Positions 9,104-17,687 of a stretch of 26,907 nt of DNA are shown piece after piece (position 1 is the first letter of the stretch; each line of letters opens with the position of its first letter). Made by a program: the position numbers and the translations under genes. Origin of the DNA: a virus (lineage: Duplodnaviria > Caudoviricetes). The stretch lies in IMG/VR virus record IMGVR_UViG_3300008952_002394, positions 1 to 26,907 of that record; one strand, 5' to 3'. Under the pieces are notes generated by a model. That model did not search any database and had not been told where the DNA came from. It saw nothing but the letters and a program-made list of their open reading frames with translations.

Positions 9104-9537
9104 TTATTTTCTGTTTCCCAAGTTTCACCAAAAAATCCAACAGGCGTTCTAATCTCATCTTCTGGGTTATATTTTTCAGTTAAATAATACATCAAAATAG
9201 AATTAGGTTCTAATGCTTTATATCCATGATATATTCCCGGCGGAATCTCAAGAACTCTAAAGTTTTTATCAGACAAATACTCAAATGAAATATCATAAAA
9301 ATCTCCAGCTTCTTGTGGAATTCCAGTTTTAGGCGAAGCCAATCCAACCTTAAAAGACCCTTTAAGGCAACACCAATAATCTGTTTGGACATTATGTTTA
9401 TGCCAAGCAACGACATGCTTTGTTGAATTGACATAAGACACATTGATCTGACCCGGCGTTTTTTCAAACACATCAAAAATTCTTTGAGCCCGATCATCCT
9501 CATAACATGAAACATCATCAAATTTATAATTCATCAT
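9100..9537 (-). CDS. RmlC-like NDP-4-keto-6-deoxyhexose 3,5-(or 5-)epimerase, cupin
   Basis: EDDR, QINVS, AWHKH..QTDYW, LEIPPGIYHGYKAL and MYYLTEKYNPEDE. Confidence 0.8.
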   Translation of the reverse strand: MMNYKFDDVSCYEDDRAQRIFDVFEKTPGQINVSYVNSTKHVVAWHKHNVQTDYWCCLKGSFKVGLASPKTGIPQEAGDFYDISFEYLSDKNFRVLEIPPGIYHGYKALEPNSILMYYLTEKYNPEDEIRTPVGFFGETWETENK

Positions 9538-10721
9538 TCAACAATCCTCACAGAAGGAACATGAGTAATAAACCTACCACCAAAATAAAGTTCCTTCTTC
9601 TTAATCTCTTCAGCAAAATTCCATGCACCCAAAAACGCATAATCAAACACATCAGAATCTTCTTGAGGTATAACTGGAATATGCATACCCGGCGAATACT
9701 TATGTTGCTTTTCTGGAGTAGTGTCTGTAATGCATGATATTAGATCGGTTCCAGTATCACAATAATTAAAAACTGTAGTTGACTTGGACGTTGCGCCATA
9801 ACTGATTACTTTTTTATTTTGGTCCGCACATCGAGTCAGCATATTCCTCAAATCTTCCTTAGACTGAGCAACCCTTTCGGCAAATCGGTTAAAGCACTCA
9901 ATATTATCCAAGCCAATCACCCGCTCATAATCAAGGTGTCGATCAATGTCTGGTCGTGTATTATGACCAATCTTCTGTGCCCAGATTCTATTTGATCCGC
10001 CATGAACGCTCAATGAATCGGCTCGAACAATCTCAAGACCATTTCTTTTCAGAATTTTAGACAATGCCATCACAGAAAAAACATGAGAATGCTCATCATA
10101 AATCTGGTCATAGGAATTATTATTAATCATACTGGCCAACGACGGATCTTCAAATACAAACATCCCATGCGGTTTCAATAACGAGGCAACTGCGGAAAAG
10201 GTTTCGTCAAGGTCTGGTATATGACAGATACAATTGGCAGCAAAAATTAAATCCATATATCCATTTTCAATACTAATTTTTTCTGCAAGATTTCTATCCC
10301 AAAATTCAGAATAGGTTCTGTATCCCATTGCATTTGTCTCTTCTGCAAAATTAGAACAAGGCTCTACGGCAAAAGTAGTATCCTTATCCCAATTTTTAAG
10401 AAATACTCCATCATTAGAACCAATCTCCAAAACCTTGGGCGGTCGGGCTGGTACAGATGGTTCCCAATCCAAAGAGTTTTTTATACCTTCACTAAATTTT
10501 GCAAAATGATTTACCATTGTTTTTGACATTGACCCACGATATGCATATGTATCATTAAACATCATCTCTGGCTTAACATAATTCATTTGTGTAACAAGAC
10601 AAGTTTCTTCATCAAACCCAACCGAAAGGTTATAAAAAAATTCAGCATCAAACTGTTCTTCTGTTAAAAATCCATTTGCAATTGGCTGTCTTCCTAAATC
10701 CAAAAATGAAACTTTCGACAT
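9534..10721 (-). CDS. NDP-hexose C-methyltransferase (TcaB9/EvaC/NovU-like)
   Basis: FLDLGRQPIAN.FL, LEIGSNDG, ANCICHIPD, YDQIYDEH, VHGGS, YGATSKS, DTTPEKQ..YSPGMHIP and AWNF. Start moved to ATG 10721, which has a GGAGG RBS. Confidence 0.92.
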   Translation of the reverse strand: MSKVSFLDLGRQPIANGFLTEEQFDAEFFYNLSVGFDEETCLVTQMNYVKPEMMFNDTYAYRGSMSKTMVNHFAKFSEGIKNSLDWEPSVPARPPKVLEIGSNDGVFLKNWDKDTTFAVEPCSNFAEETNAMGYRTYSEFWDRNLAEKISIENGYMDLIFAANCICHIPDLDETFSAVASLLKPHGMFVFEDPSLASMINNNSYDQIYDEHSHVFSVMALSKILKRNGLEIVRADSLSVHGGSNRIWAQKIGHNTRPDIDRHLDYERVIGLDNIECFNRFAERVAQSKEDLRNMLTRCADQNKKVISYGATSKSTTVFNYCDTGTDLISCITDTTPEKQHKYSPGMHIPVIPQEDSDVFDYAFLGAWNFAEEIKKKELYFGGRFITHVPSVRIVE

Positions 10722-10722
10722 A

Positions 10723-11307
10723 CTAACCTCCCAACTCAGAAATACATGGCGAAAAATATCGGCCGAGCATTTTGTCATAATAAAAATCTTCAGCAAGAAC
10801 CTTGAACGGCACACTTATATCATTAATTTTTTTCATATTATATTCAACCATCCAATCTTGAAAATCTCTTTTCTTAGACCCCCCTTCAAAAAAAATTCGG
10901 CTACCCGAGTCAAGGACATTCTTAAAGTTTGCATATAATTTTTCTACAATTTCTCCTGTGTTGGAAATATCAACATGCAACACATCAAAAACTGGATCAT
11001 CCTCAATCCAATTATCAAAAGACTTCTTTTCCAACTTAACGTAGTCTAAAACAGAATAGTTTTTAAGATTAGATACAACCACATCATAGTTAGAATTCGT
11101 ATAATTATAGTCATCAAAAAGATCATAAGCATAAACAACGCCGGATGTCTCTTTTGCAGCTAATGCCAAGCAAACGGTAGAATATCCGTTTAATATTCCT
11201 ATATCTATAATCGTTTTCGCATTAGATTCTATAACAGCATCGTATAAAAACCGACCCATTTCTTTCTGTCTATAACTAGAAGCTATATTTGGATTTATAA
11301 ATTTCAA
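10723..11307 (-). CDS. Class I SAM-dependent (probable O-)methyltransferase, Methyltransf_24-like
   Basis: IIDIGILNGYSTV, YAYDLFD and FDVLHVDISN; TTG start overlaps the upstream TGA. Confidence 0.8.
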   Translation of the reverse strand: MKFINPNIASSYRQKEMGRFLYDAVIESNAKTIIDIGILNGYSTVCLALAAKETSGVVYAYDLFDDYNYTNSNYDVVVSNLKNYSVLDYVKLEKKSFDNWIEDDPVFDVLHVDISNTGEIVEKLYANFKNVLDSGSRIFFEGGSKKRDFQDWMVEYNMKKINDISVPFKVLAEDFYYDKMLGRYFSPCISELGG

Positions 11308-12320
11308 AGCAACTCCTCAACAAAAGACAAATATTTTTTAGTAACGCTTTGGGTTGATACTTTCTTTTTAATTTCTCGCATCACATCTAAAGCATCATAC
11401 CAAATCCTAGTTTTATATGTAGTTTTAGCATACTCAATCATATCCATACATACCAGATCTGGATCAGACAAAAACTCATCAGTTTCCGTGTCTATTGAAT
11501 ACGGATAACTTTCGTCAATTAAAACTCTAACCGGAGGGTCTAATGAAGTTATGATATTAGCTTCTGACCCGGCAGCAGTAACTACCTTTGTTGCAGACTT
11601 TGCAATCCAATAATGCGACGTATCTGCGATTTTTGGGCAGCGAACAGCATAATGACAATTATATTTTGATGGGTTTGCATCCGACATTATATGAGACAAA
11701 ACATCTTGATTGAACTCGGCATCTAAAACAATCTTGTGTCTATCATCAAAAGTAACATCAGAATTATTAATTGAATTATCTTTTAGTGCGTAGTGCAATG
11801 GCATAAAATAATCTTCATAAAAATTAGGATACTGCCTCAAACCCAAATCTCCTTGAGTTGGCCCTGCGCTTGAAACCCCGCCTCCAAAAAACAATCTAAA
11901 CTCTTTATCTCGTTCTTCTTTAAACATATCAGAATTTAAAAAATAATCATAGTTATGTGGTATGACCGCAATTCTAAAGGTATTACTTAAAGATTCTAAT
12001 TTAGCTTTATATATATCACTAGCAACAACAACGCCATCCACATCGCAAATATTCCTGAAATACGAAGTCATCTCAAAAACATTTCCGTCGCCCGGAATCA
12101 ATATAACTATGTTATTATTATTCTTTAATTTATCAATAAGAGATTGTTCTGCTTTATGTTTTAAAAATATTAAAACAGAATCTTTAATATTCTCCAACCC
12201 TTCTGACACATGAAGAACAGATGAAGGAATTCCCAATGAACGAAGAACTATAAAAGATTGGTACAACATAATATATGTTCCACCAGTATGCCTTCTATAT
12301 ACATAGATAATTTTTTTCAT
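11304..12320 (-). CDS. Hypothetical protein, possible divergent GT-B glycosyltransferase
   Basis: N-terminal IIYV..HTGG, VDGVVVAS, VIPHN, RLFFGG and KSATKV (K-S-x-x-K-like); lies within the glycan operon. Confidence 0.45.
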   Translation of the reverse strand: MKKIIYVYRRHTGGTYIMLYQSFIVLRSLGIPSSVLHVSEGLENIKDSVLIFLKHKAEQSLIDKLKNNNNIVILIPGDGNVFEMTSYFRNICDVDGVVVASDIYKAKLESLSNTFRIAVIPHNYDYFLNSDMFKEERDKEFRLFFGGGVSSAGPTQGDLGLRQYPNFYEDYFMPLHYALKDNSINNSDVTFDDRHKIVLDAEFNQDVLSHIMSDANPSKYNCHYAVRCPKIADTSHYWIAKSATKVVTAAGSEANIITSLDPPVRVLIDESYPYSIDTETDEFLSDPDLVCMDMIEYAKTTYKTRIWYDALDVMREIKKKVSTQSVTKKYLSFVEELL

Positions 12321-12907
12321 TTCAATTTCTCTAACATAATATTATACAATGCAGAATAATAATTATCAACTACAGGACTAAAATAACTAACGTCAATCCC
12401 GTCAAACCATTTCATATCCAAATAATCTTTTCCACTAGGCCCACTAATATATTCTGTACCACCAACAGTTCTTATTATATTTGCCAACAATTCAGACTTG
12501 GAGCCAGCGGCAGCCAATTCGCTTGCAAACACTATGGGCTTTTCTATCTTTAACTTATTCATACACCATTCTATACTTTTCATGTTTATATCTATAAGAC
12601 TCTCAGACTCATAGACAAAAGAAACATCAATCTTCATATTCTGTACAATTTTGTTTGAAATTTTTTTTCTCCAATTTGGAACATTACTTACCGCAACATC
12701 CTTAATTAATTTTGATGGTGCAGATTTTTCTATCGGAACAGTAAACCACTCTTCATCTCCCGATGTATTTAAAAATTTGTTCCTATTTTGAAAATTATTC
12801 TTTTTGAATTTTACGTCGTCAAGAATAACAAATAAATCACACGCTTCCATCTTTTGAAAAAACCCCATATATGGAAAATGTTCCGGCTGATGTATCGCAA
12901 CTCTCAT
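12317..12907 (-). CDS. WbqC-family protein
   Basis: AIHQPEHFPYMGFFQK, DLFVILDDVKF...FQNRN, WFTVP and YISGPSGKDYL, the WbqC signature pattern. Confidence 0.9.
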   Translation of the reverse strand: MRVAIHQPEHFPYMGFFQKMEACDLFVILDDVKFKKNNFQNRNKFLNTSGDEEWFTVPIEKSAPSKLIKDVAVSNVPNWRKKISNKIVQNMKIDVSFVYESESLIDINMKSIEWCMNKLKIEKPIVFASELAAAGSKSELLANIIRTVGGTEYISGPSGKDYLDMKWFDGIDVSYFSPVVDNYYSALYNIMLEKLK

Positions 12908-13524
12908 ATTACTTCCTTATAAAGAACAAAGCCTTCTGCATATTTACAAACACGACTCATTGCACCATTACTCAAAAGTTTAGCCTGAATGTATTCTTCT
13001 AATGTAATTTGATATTTCTCAGAACCAAGAATCTGAGACTCATACTCACAGGAACCCAACATCTTTTGGTTTGCTTCATCACCACTCAACTGAACAAAAA
13101 GATTGGGATGAAACGCGGTAGTCGAAGGTGTCTCATAAAATAATATCTTATTCTGATACCTACATGCCGACAATGTTGCTTCAGAAACAGTTCTATGATC
13201 CTGATGGGTATCTTCTGGGTATGGAGTAAACACATAGTCATACTCATTTTGGGTGACTAGATTCTCAATATGACTTATGATTTTATTTTGATTCCTAAAT
13301 AATTTCGTATCATCACCATCAAAAAAAGAAACATTAACTTTTTTGTTAATAATTTTCCAAGAAGAAAGCTCTTCATATTTGCGAGTCTCTTCAGACGGAT
13401 TTATATTTTTTGTAGCAAAACAACACACATCAATGTCAAAGTTATGCTCATTTTTAACAACAAAACCAGAGCATCCAATAAAAGCATCATCTGGGTGCGG
13501 GCTAATCAAAAGTGCTTTTTTCAT
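12904..13524 (-). CDS. PIG-L/LmbE-family deacetylase
   Basis: ISPHPDD, R..E, DTHQDHR and FYETPS. Start moved to ATG 13524 (ATGA overlap). Confidence 0.88.
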   Translation of the reverse strand: MKKALLISPHPDDAFIGCSGFVVKNEHNFDIDVCCFATKNINPSEETRKYEELSSWKIINKKVNVSFFDGDDTKLFRNQNKIISHIENLVTQNEYDYVFTPYPEDTHQDHRTVSEATLSACRYQNKILFYETPSTTAFHPNLFVQLSGDEANQKMLGSCEYESQILGSEKYQITLEEYIQAKLLSNGAMSRVCKYAEGFVLYKEVI

Positions 13525-14567
13525 GACAAACTCCCAGCCTCCTTCAAAATTCTCCAAGTCATATCACAACACTTCTCTTCCATAGTAATTAAGTCATAAT
13601 GATAGCCCAATGTATCAATATCTAAAGACTTGGCAAATACATCATTTAAACTATTAGAAGATTCGTGGTTATATGAAGTAACATACTTTGACACATCATC
13701 ATTAAAAAGTGTAGTTTTTGAACAAATAGTGTGGGTATCCGATATTGCACATTCACCAAGAACTCTTGGAATGGGATCATATGGCTGGCCAAATGGCCTT
13801 GGGTCACAATTTATAACATGTAATTTACTATGCGCTGTGTAGTATGGCATTTGATTTATAAAATCAACCACGCCCATTATAGAATAAGAAATATTTTTTT
13901 GTTCACACAATTTAGCTAAAGTCTGAACATAATCCGGGTCAGCGGTATCATTGCCAACAAAAACAAAAGTCAAATTATCACAAAGAACGGGATCAACTTT
14001 TTCAACAAAATCTAGCTGATTCTTTTCTCTTCCAATCTTTCCAGAAAATAAAACAAAATCCTTCTTTTTAAAATTATCATCTTCAATAATTTCTTTTACT
14101 TTTTTTCTATAAAGTGGCGATGGTGGGCAAAATAAAAAACCATCATCAAACCAAAAATCACAATATTTTTTATTTCCGCCCAAGCCCATCGGCTTAATAT
14201 TGACCTTAAACCCAGAATTGTCTAATGCTCTTTTATGATTATGCCTGGCTGCCATATTATTAAATACAGAAGATCGGCCGATAATAATATCATACGAAGA
14301 ATCAATATCGTCCAAAACAGACACTTCGTTCCCATTAAGTTCAAAAGAAAGAAAGTTGCTGCCTCCCTTGTCGTATGTTGCATGAATAGTGCCATTAGGA
14401 AACATCTTAGTCAAAAACAATGGATAATCTGTCGCCTCAAGTTCATTTTTAAATGGTGAAAAATGAGCGCACAAAATTTTTATAGGAGACGAAGACACCC
14501 ACACTTCATCAATATCAAATAAATAATCTCGCTCTACAATCTTTCTATTATGTAACGGATCTTTCAT
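13521..14567 (-). CDS. Putative GT-B glycosyltransferase
   Basis: C-terminal domain VLFSGKIGREKNQL, FVFVG and DPIPRVLGE resembles the GT4-type nucleotide-binding domain. GGGAG RBS before ATG 14567. Confidence 0.6.
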   Translation of the reverse strand: MKDPLHNRKIVERDYLFDIDEVWVSSSPIKILCAHFSPFKNELEATDYPLFLTKMFPNGTIHATYDKGGSNFLSFELNGNEVSVLDDIDSSYDIIIGRSSVFNNMAARHNHKRALDNSGFKVNIKPMGLGGNKKYCDFWFDDGFLFCPPSPLYRKKVKEIIEDDNFKKKDFVLFSGKIGREKNQLDFVEKVDPVLCDNLTFVFVGNDTADPDYVQTLAKLCEQKNISYSIMGVVDFINQMPYYTAHSKLHVINCDPRPFGQPYDPIPRVLGECAISDTHTICSKTTLFNDDVSKYVTSYNHESSNSLNDVFAKSLDIDTLGYHYDLITMEEKCCDMTWRILKEAGSLS

Positions 14568-15591
14568 TTTCAATACTCCCTAAATTATCTAAACACATTT
14601 TCCAATTATCAAAATGAATTGATTTATCGTCAATGTATGCGACAGCCCGAGGCTTTTCTGAAGTAACTTTTGTCACATACCTATCCATATCATATTTCTT
14701 GAGCCACTCCCAAACCAATTGGGTGCCCGTCTTACCGTTAACCAGCCCCCTGTCTGGCTTGGCCTTAACAGTAAAAATAACAACATCATAAGTCTTCGAC
14801 AATTTCTTTAATGCTTCTTTGGCACCATCCACAGGAGTATCATATATTGTTCCATCATAATATCCCTTTGAGTTTTTATGAATTACTCCATCAAAATCCA
14901 ATGCAATATTTTTTGTCTCATCTGAAAAACTATGCTCTCTAATTTCAGGAACTATATCAGAATCATAATGAGCAATATCCTCTGGACGATTGCCTCCAAT
15001 TGGCGGGCACGCTTTGCCCGAACCATGCGTCAACTGATATTGAAGAAATAATGATAGTACCTCGGCAGTATGATAAAAATTACATCCCATAGCAACCTCT
15101 GTCAAAGTTGGTATTCTTTCTGTAAAAGGAAATGATGTAATTGTTCCTAATTGCAATTCATTAGAATATCCCCATTGAAATGCCTTAATCAAATCCCTAG
15201 ATGTTCCAGATGAAGAATATCCCAAAATCAATGATTTTCGTTTTTGTTCCATAGTTTTCCCGGAAGTTACATTTCTCAACCATTGTACCATCCATTGATC
15301 CCAATTGGTATCATTAATATATGAAGTAACTACAACACCGCTGGCGGGACATATTGCATTTTTTGTCCCATTACTAAGTCTTGAAATATCAATTGCTGCA
15401 TGGTCCGCAATAGCTAAATTTCCACCATGACCAAGAACATAAATATCATGGCAATCATTAAATTTGGCTTGCAATTCATTCCATTCATCACTAATCACCA
15501 ATTGATAAAATTTCTTTTCGATATTTTCGATCTCAAGAAATGGTGACGGCGCATTTTTCATAATCTCTTCTTTAAATTTATCCATTGCCAA
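14548..15591 (-). CDS. SIS (GmhA-like sugar-phosphate isomerase) + HAD phosphatase fusion
   Basis: N-terminal IYVLGHGGNLAIADH, IND and GYSSSGTS (SIS). C-terminal IALDFDGVIH, IFT, KP and YIDDK (HAD motifs I-IV). Confidence 0.85.
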   Translation of the reverse strand: MAMDKFKEEIMKNAPSPFLEIENIEKKFYQLVISDEWNELQAKFNDCHDIYVLGHGGNLAIADHAAIDISRLSNGTKNAICPASGVVVTSYINDTNWDQWMVQWLRNVTSGKTMEQKRKSLILGYSSSGTSRDLIKAFQWGYSNELQLGTITSFPFTERIPTLTEVAMGCNFYHTAEVLSLFLQYQLTHGSGKACPPIGGNRPEDIAHYDSDIVPEIREHSFSDETKNIALDFDGVIHKNSKGYYDGTIYDTPVDGAKEALKKLSKTYDVVIFTVKAKPDRGLVNGKTGTQLVWEWLKKYDMDRYVTKVTSEKPRAVAYIDDKSIHFDNWKMCLDNLGSIENERSVT

Positions 15592-16312
15592 TCTCCTCTA
15601 TTCTCTCCAGTAAAAACGTGGTATCCATACCAAGGGCAACAAAGCCAAAATTAGAATAATTACCAATACTAGATTCTACATTTCTAGGAATATGAATACC
15701 CAAAGAGCTTTCTGAAACACTCTCTTTTATTTTATCTATGGCTTCTTTATATCTATAATCCTCAAAGTCTCCAACACAACCAAGGCTTGCACTTAGGTCA
15801 TATGGCCCAATCAAAAACATATCGAATGCATTTGTTTGGACAATCTCTTCAATTTTATTAACCCCCACCTCGGTTTCAATTTGACCTATCAATATTGGTC
15901 TATGTTCTCCCAATGGCTGCACGCCCCAACCATTTTCTCGCACCAGTCCCTGGCCGCGTCTTCCATGTGGGGGAGAATGGCTTACGCAAGAGCCTCCCTC
16001 AATAAAATAATTTTTACCCGGATACCTACAATAAGAAATTATATCCTTTGCTTGAGATGCAGTTTCAACCGTAGAAAAAATCAACCCATCACATCCGGCA
16101 TCCAAACAAATCTTGGTCAATGTTTTATCCAAATATGACAATCGAACAAAACATTTCTTTCCAGATAACTTGACCACCTGAATGCAAGAAAATAATGTTT
16201 CCACATTAAAAGGACTATGCTCGGTGTCTATTACTACACCATCAAAATTATCAACAGAAGAAAAAATCTCAGAAATAATTGTAGATGGAATCTGTTGCCA
16301 TAATAATCTCAT
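15578..16312 (-). CDS. HpcH/HpaI-family class II pyruvate aldolase
   Basis: VIDTEHS, FVRL, LDAGCDG, YP...GRRG, GQIET..GV, IGPYDLSASLG and GMD. Start moved to ATG 16312 (ATGA overlap). Confidence 0.9.
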   Translation of the reverse strand: MRLLWQQIPSTIISEIFSSVDNFDGVVIDTEHSPFNVETLFSCIQVVKLSGKKCFVRLSYLDKTLTKICLDAGCDGLIFSTVETASQAKDIISYCRYPGKNYFIEGGSCVSHSPPHGRRGQGLVRENGWGVQPLGEHRPILIGQIETEVGVNKIEEIVQTNAFDMFLIGPYDLSASLGCVGDFEDYRYKEAIDKIKESVSESSLGIHIPRNVESSIGNYSNFGFVALGMDTTFLLERIEEIGNG

Positions 16313-16959
16313 TTTTTTATTACCTTTGTTACCAATTCCCAATCATCCTCTGTGTCAATGTCCAGATTAATCGGAAAACTTAATGGATAAAAATAGGGAT
16401 TCATACCAATTCTCATTTTTGTCTTACGAAACAAATCAACATTAATTATATAGAAGACAGAATTCTCCTCATAAAAAATAGGCAAGTCCTGAGTCTGCTC
16501 TAGTTTAACCGGGTTATGATTTACCGGGCAATATCCATATGACTCTTTTCTCCAAAATCTTGATTGAACTTGATTACAAGACACCACAGAATCATATCCC
16601 CGGTCGAGCATGGCCATGGCATTCTTTAAAATTTTGACATCCAAAAATGGGCTTGTAACATGTAGCTGACAAATATTATTTTCTTCAGACCCATAGCGAA
16701 AAACAAAATCATCAATCAAATCACAAACAGATACATCATCTCCGATTAACGATAAAGACCTCTGATAAGGAATTACATGTTTACATTTGACATCTTCACG
16801 GATCTCTTGTTCAAGAGATTCACTATCGGTATCAACATAAACATCAAATTCTTTGAGTTTGTATAGCGTGTGTTTGTAAAGAGGAACTCCATTAAGAGTT
16901 CTGAAATTCTTTTTTGGAACTCTCTGAGAATTCTCTTTTATTGGAATGAATATTTTCAT
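16309..16959 (-). CDS. CMP-ulosonic acid synthetase (NeuA/KdsB-like cytidylyltransferase)
   Basis: IPIKENSQRVPKKNFR.LNG.PL, VDTDS, QLHVTSPF, TQDLP, ENS and LDIDTEDDW. Confidence 0.92.
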   Translation of the reverse strand: MKIFIPIKENSQRVPKKNFRTLNGVPLYKHTLYKLKEFDVYVDTDSESLEQEIREDVKCKHVIPYQRSLSLIGDDVSVCDLIDDFVFRYGSEENNICQLHVTSPFLDVKILKNAMAMLDRGYDSVVSCNQVQSRFWRKESYGYCPVNHNPVKLEQTQDLPIFYEENSVFYIINVDLFRKTKMRIGMNPYFYPLSFPINLDIDTEDDWELVTKVIKK

Positions 16960-17686
16960 ATTTTAAAAACTCACCTTTGTCAAATGTTTCCATATTCAAA
17001 ATAAAAGATAAAACAGGATCTAAAGAAACTACAGGAGTATCTATAAGAGTTTTTTTGGCATATTCCCACATATTCTTCTGCACATGTCTCTTTGAATTAA
17101 AACATTGGTTTGCAAATTGTTCTTCTGTTAAATTTTGTTCCTCTTCTACGCCCGACTTTATTCCAGAAATAAAACCATCCAAATAAAAACTAAAACCATA
17201 AACAGAAAGACGCGACGGATTAAATCTTAACAAATCATATATAGCAAGAAACCCAGTATTAGGTTTACAGCTAACATCCTTTGCTAATTTTGTATGAAAC
17301 ATATGGTCAATAATTCTCATTGGAATATTTTCAAGAATTTTATCAACCATCTTTAGATTAACTAACTCATGAAAATCAGTAACACGGGCTACTCCTTGAA
17401 AATCGGAGTTCGGGGGAGTAACAACATACTGCACTCCACAATCAAAAAGATATTCTGGATCTACTTTTCCAGCGTTGGCTGGTTTTTCTATTAAACACGA
17501 ATATAAAACATCAGTCAAAAAACCAACATCCTCTGAATGTTCTTCAACACATTCAATTCCCCGATTAAGACGAACCACAACATCATGAGAATCTATTTCA
17601 TTACCATAACCAGAACCAACCATATACGCAGCAGGGCCCACAAGAGCAACTGTCTTATTATGTATCAATTCATCAAAAATATTCAC
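16892..17686 (-). CDS. GT29-like (sialyltransferase-type) glycosyltransferase
   Basis: L-sialylmotif-like VALVGPA....GSGYGNEIDSHDVVVRLN....DVG..T, S-motif-like KPNTGFLAI....LSVYGFSFY and a late His (SKRH). GTG start at 17686 with a GGAG RBS; no TM anchor visible. Confidence 0.75.
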   Translation of the reverse strand: MNIFDELIHNKTVALVGPAAYMVGSGYGNEIDSHDVVVRLNRGIECVEEHSEDVGFLTDVLYSCLIEKPANAGKVDPEYLFDCGVQYVVTPPNSDFQGVARVTDFHELVNLKMVDKILENIPMRIIDHMFHTKLAKDVSCKPNTGFLAIYDLLRFNPSRLSVYGFSFYLDGFISGIKSGVEEEQNLTEEQFANQCFNSKRHVQKNMWEYAKKTLIDTPVVSLDPVLSFILNMETFDKGEFLKYENIHSNKREFSESSKKEFQNS

Positions 17687-17687
17687 A

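Noticed and set aside
4298-16959. Canonical pseudaminic or legionaminic acid pathway
   Set aside because: PseB-like, aminotransferase and cytidylyltransferase genes are present, but no NeuB/PseI synthase or recognisable PseG/PseH.
16892-16959. 68-bp overlap between the GT29-like gene and the cytidylyltransferase as a programmed frameshift or fusion
   Set aside because: The downstream gene has its own ATG and a complete N-terminal motif. A C-terminal extension of the upstream ORF is the simpler explanation.
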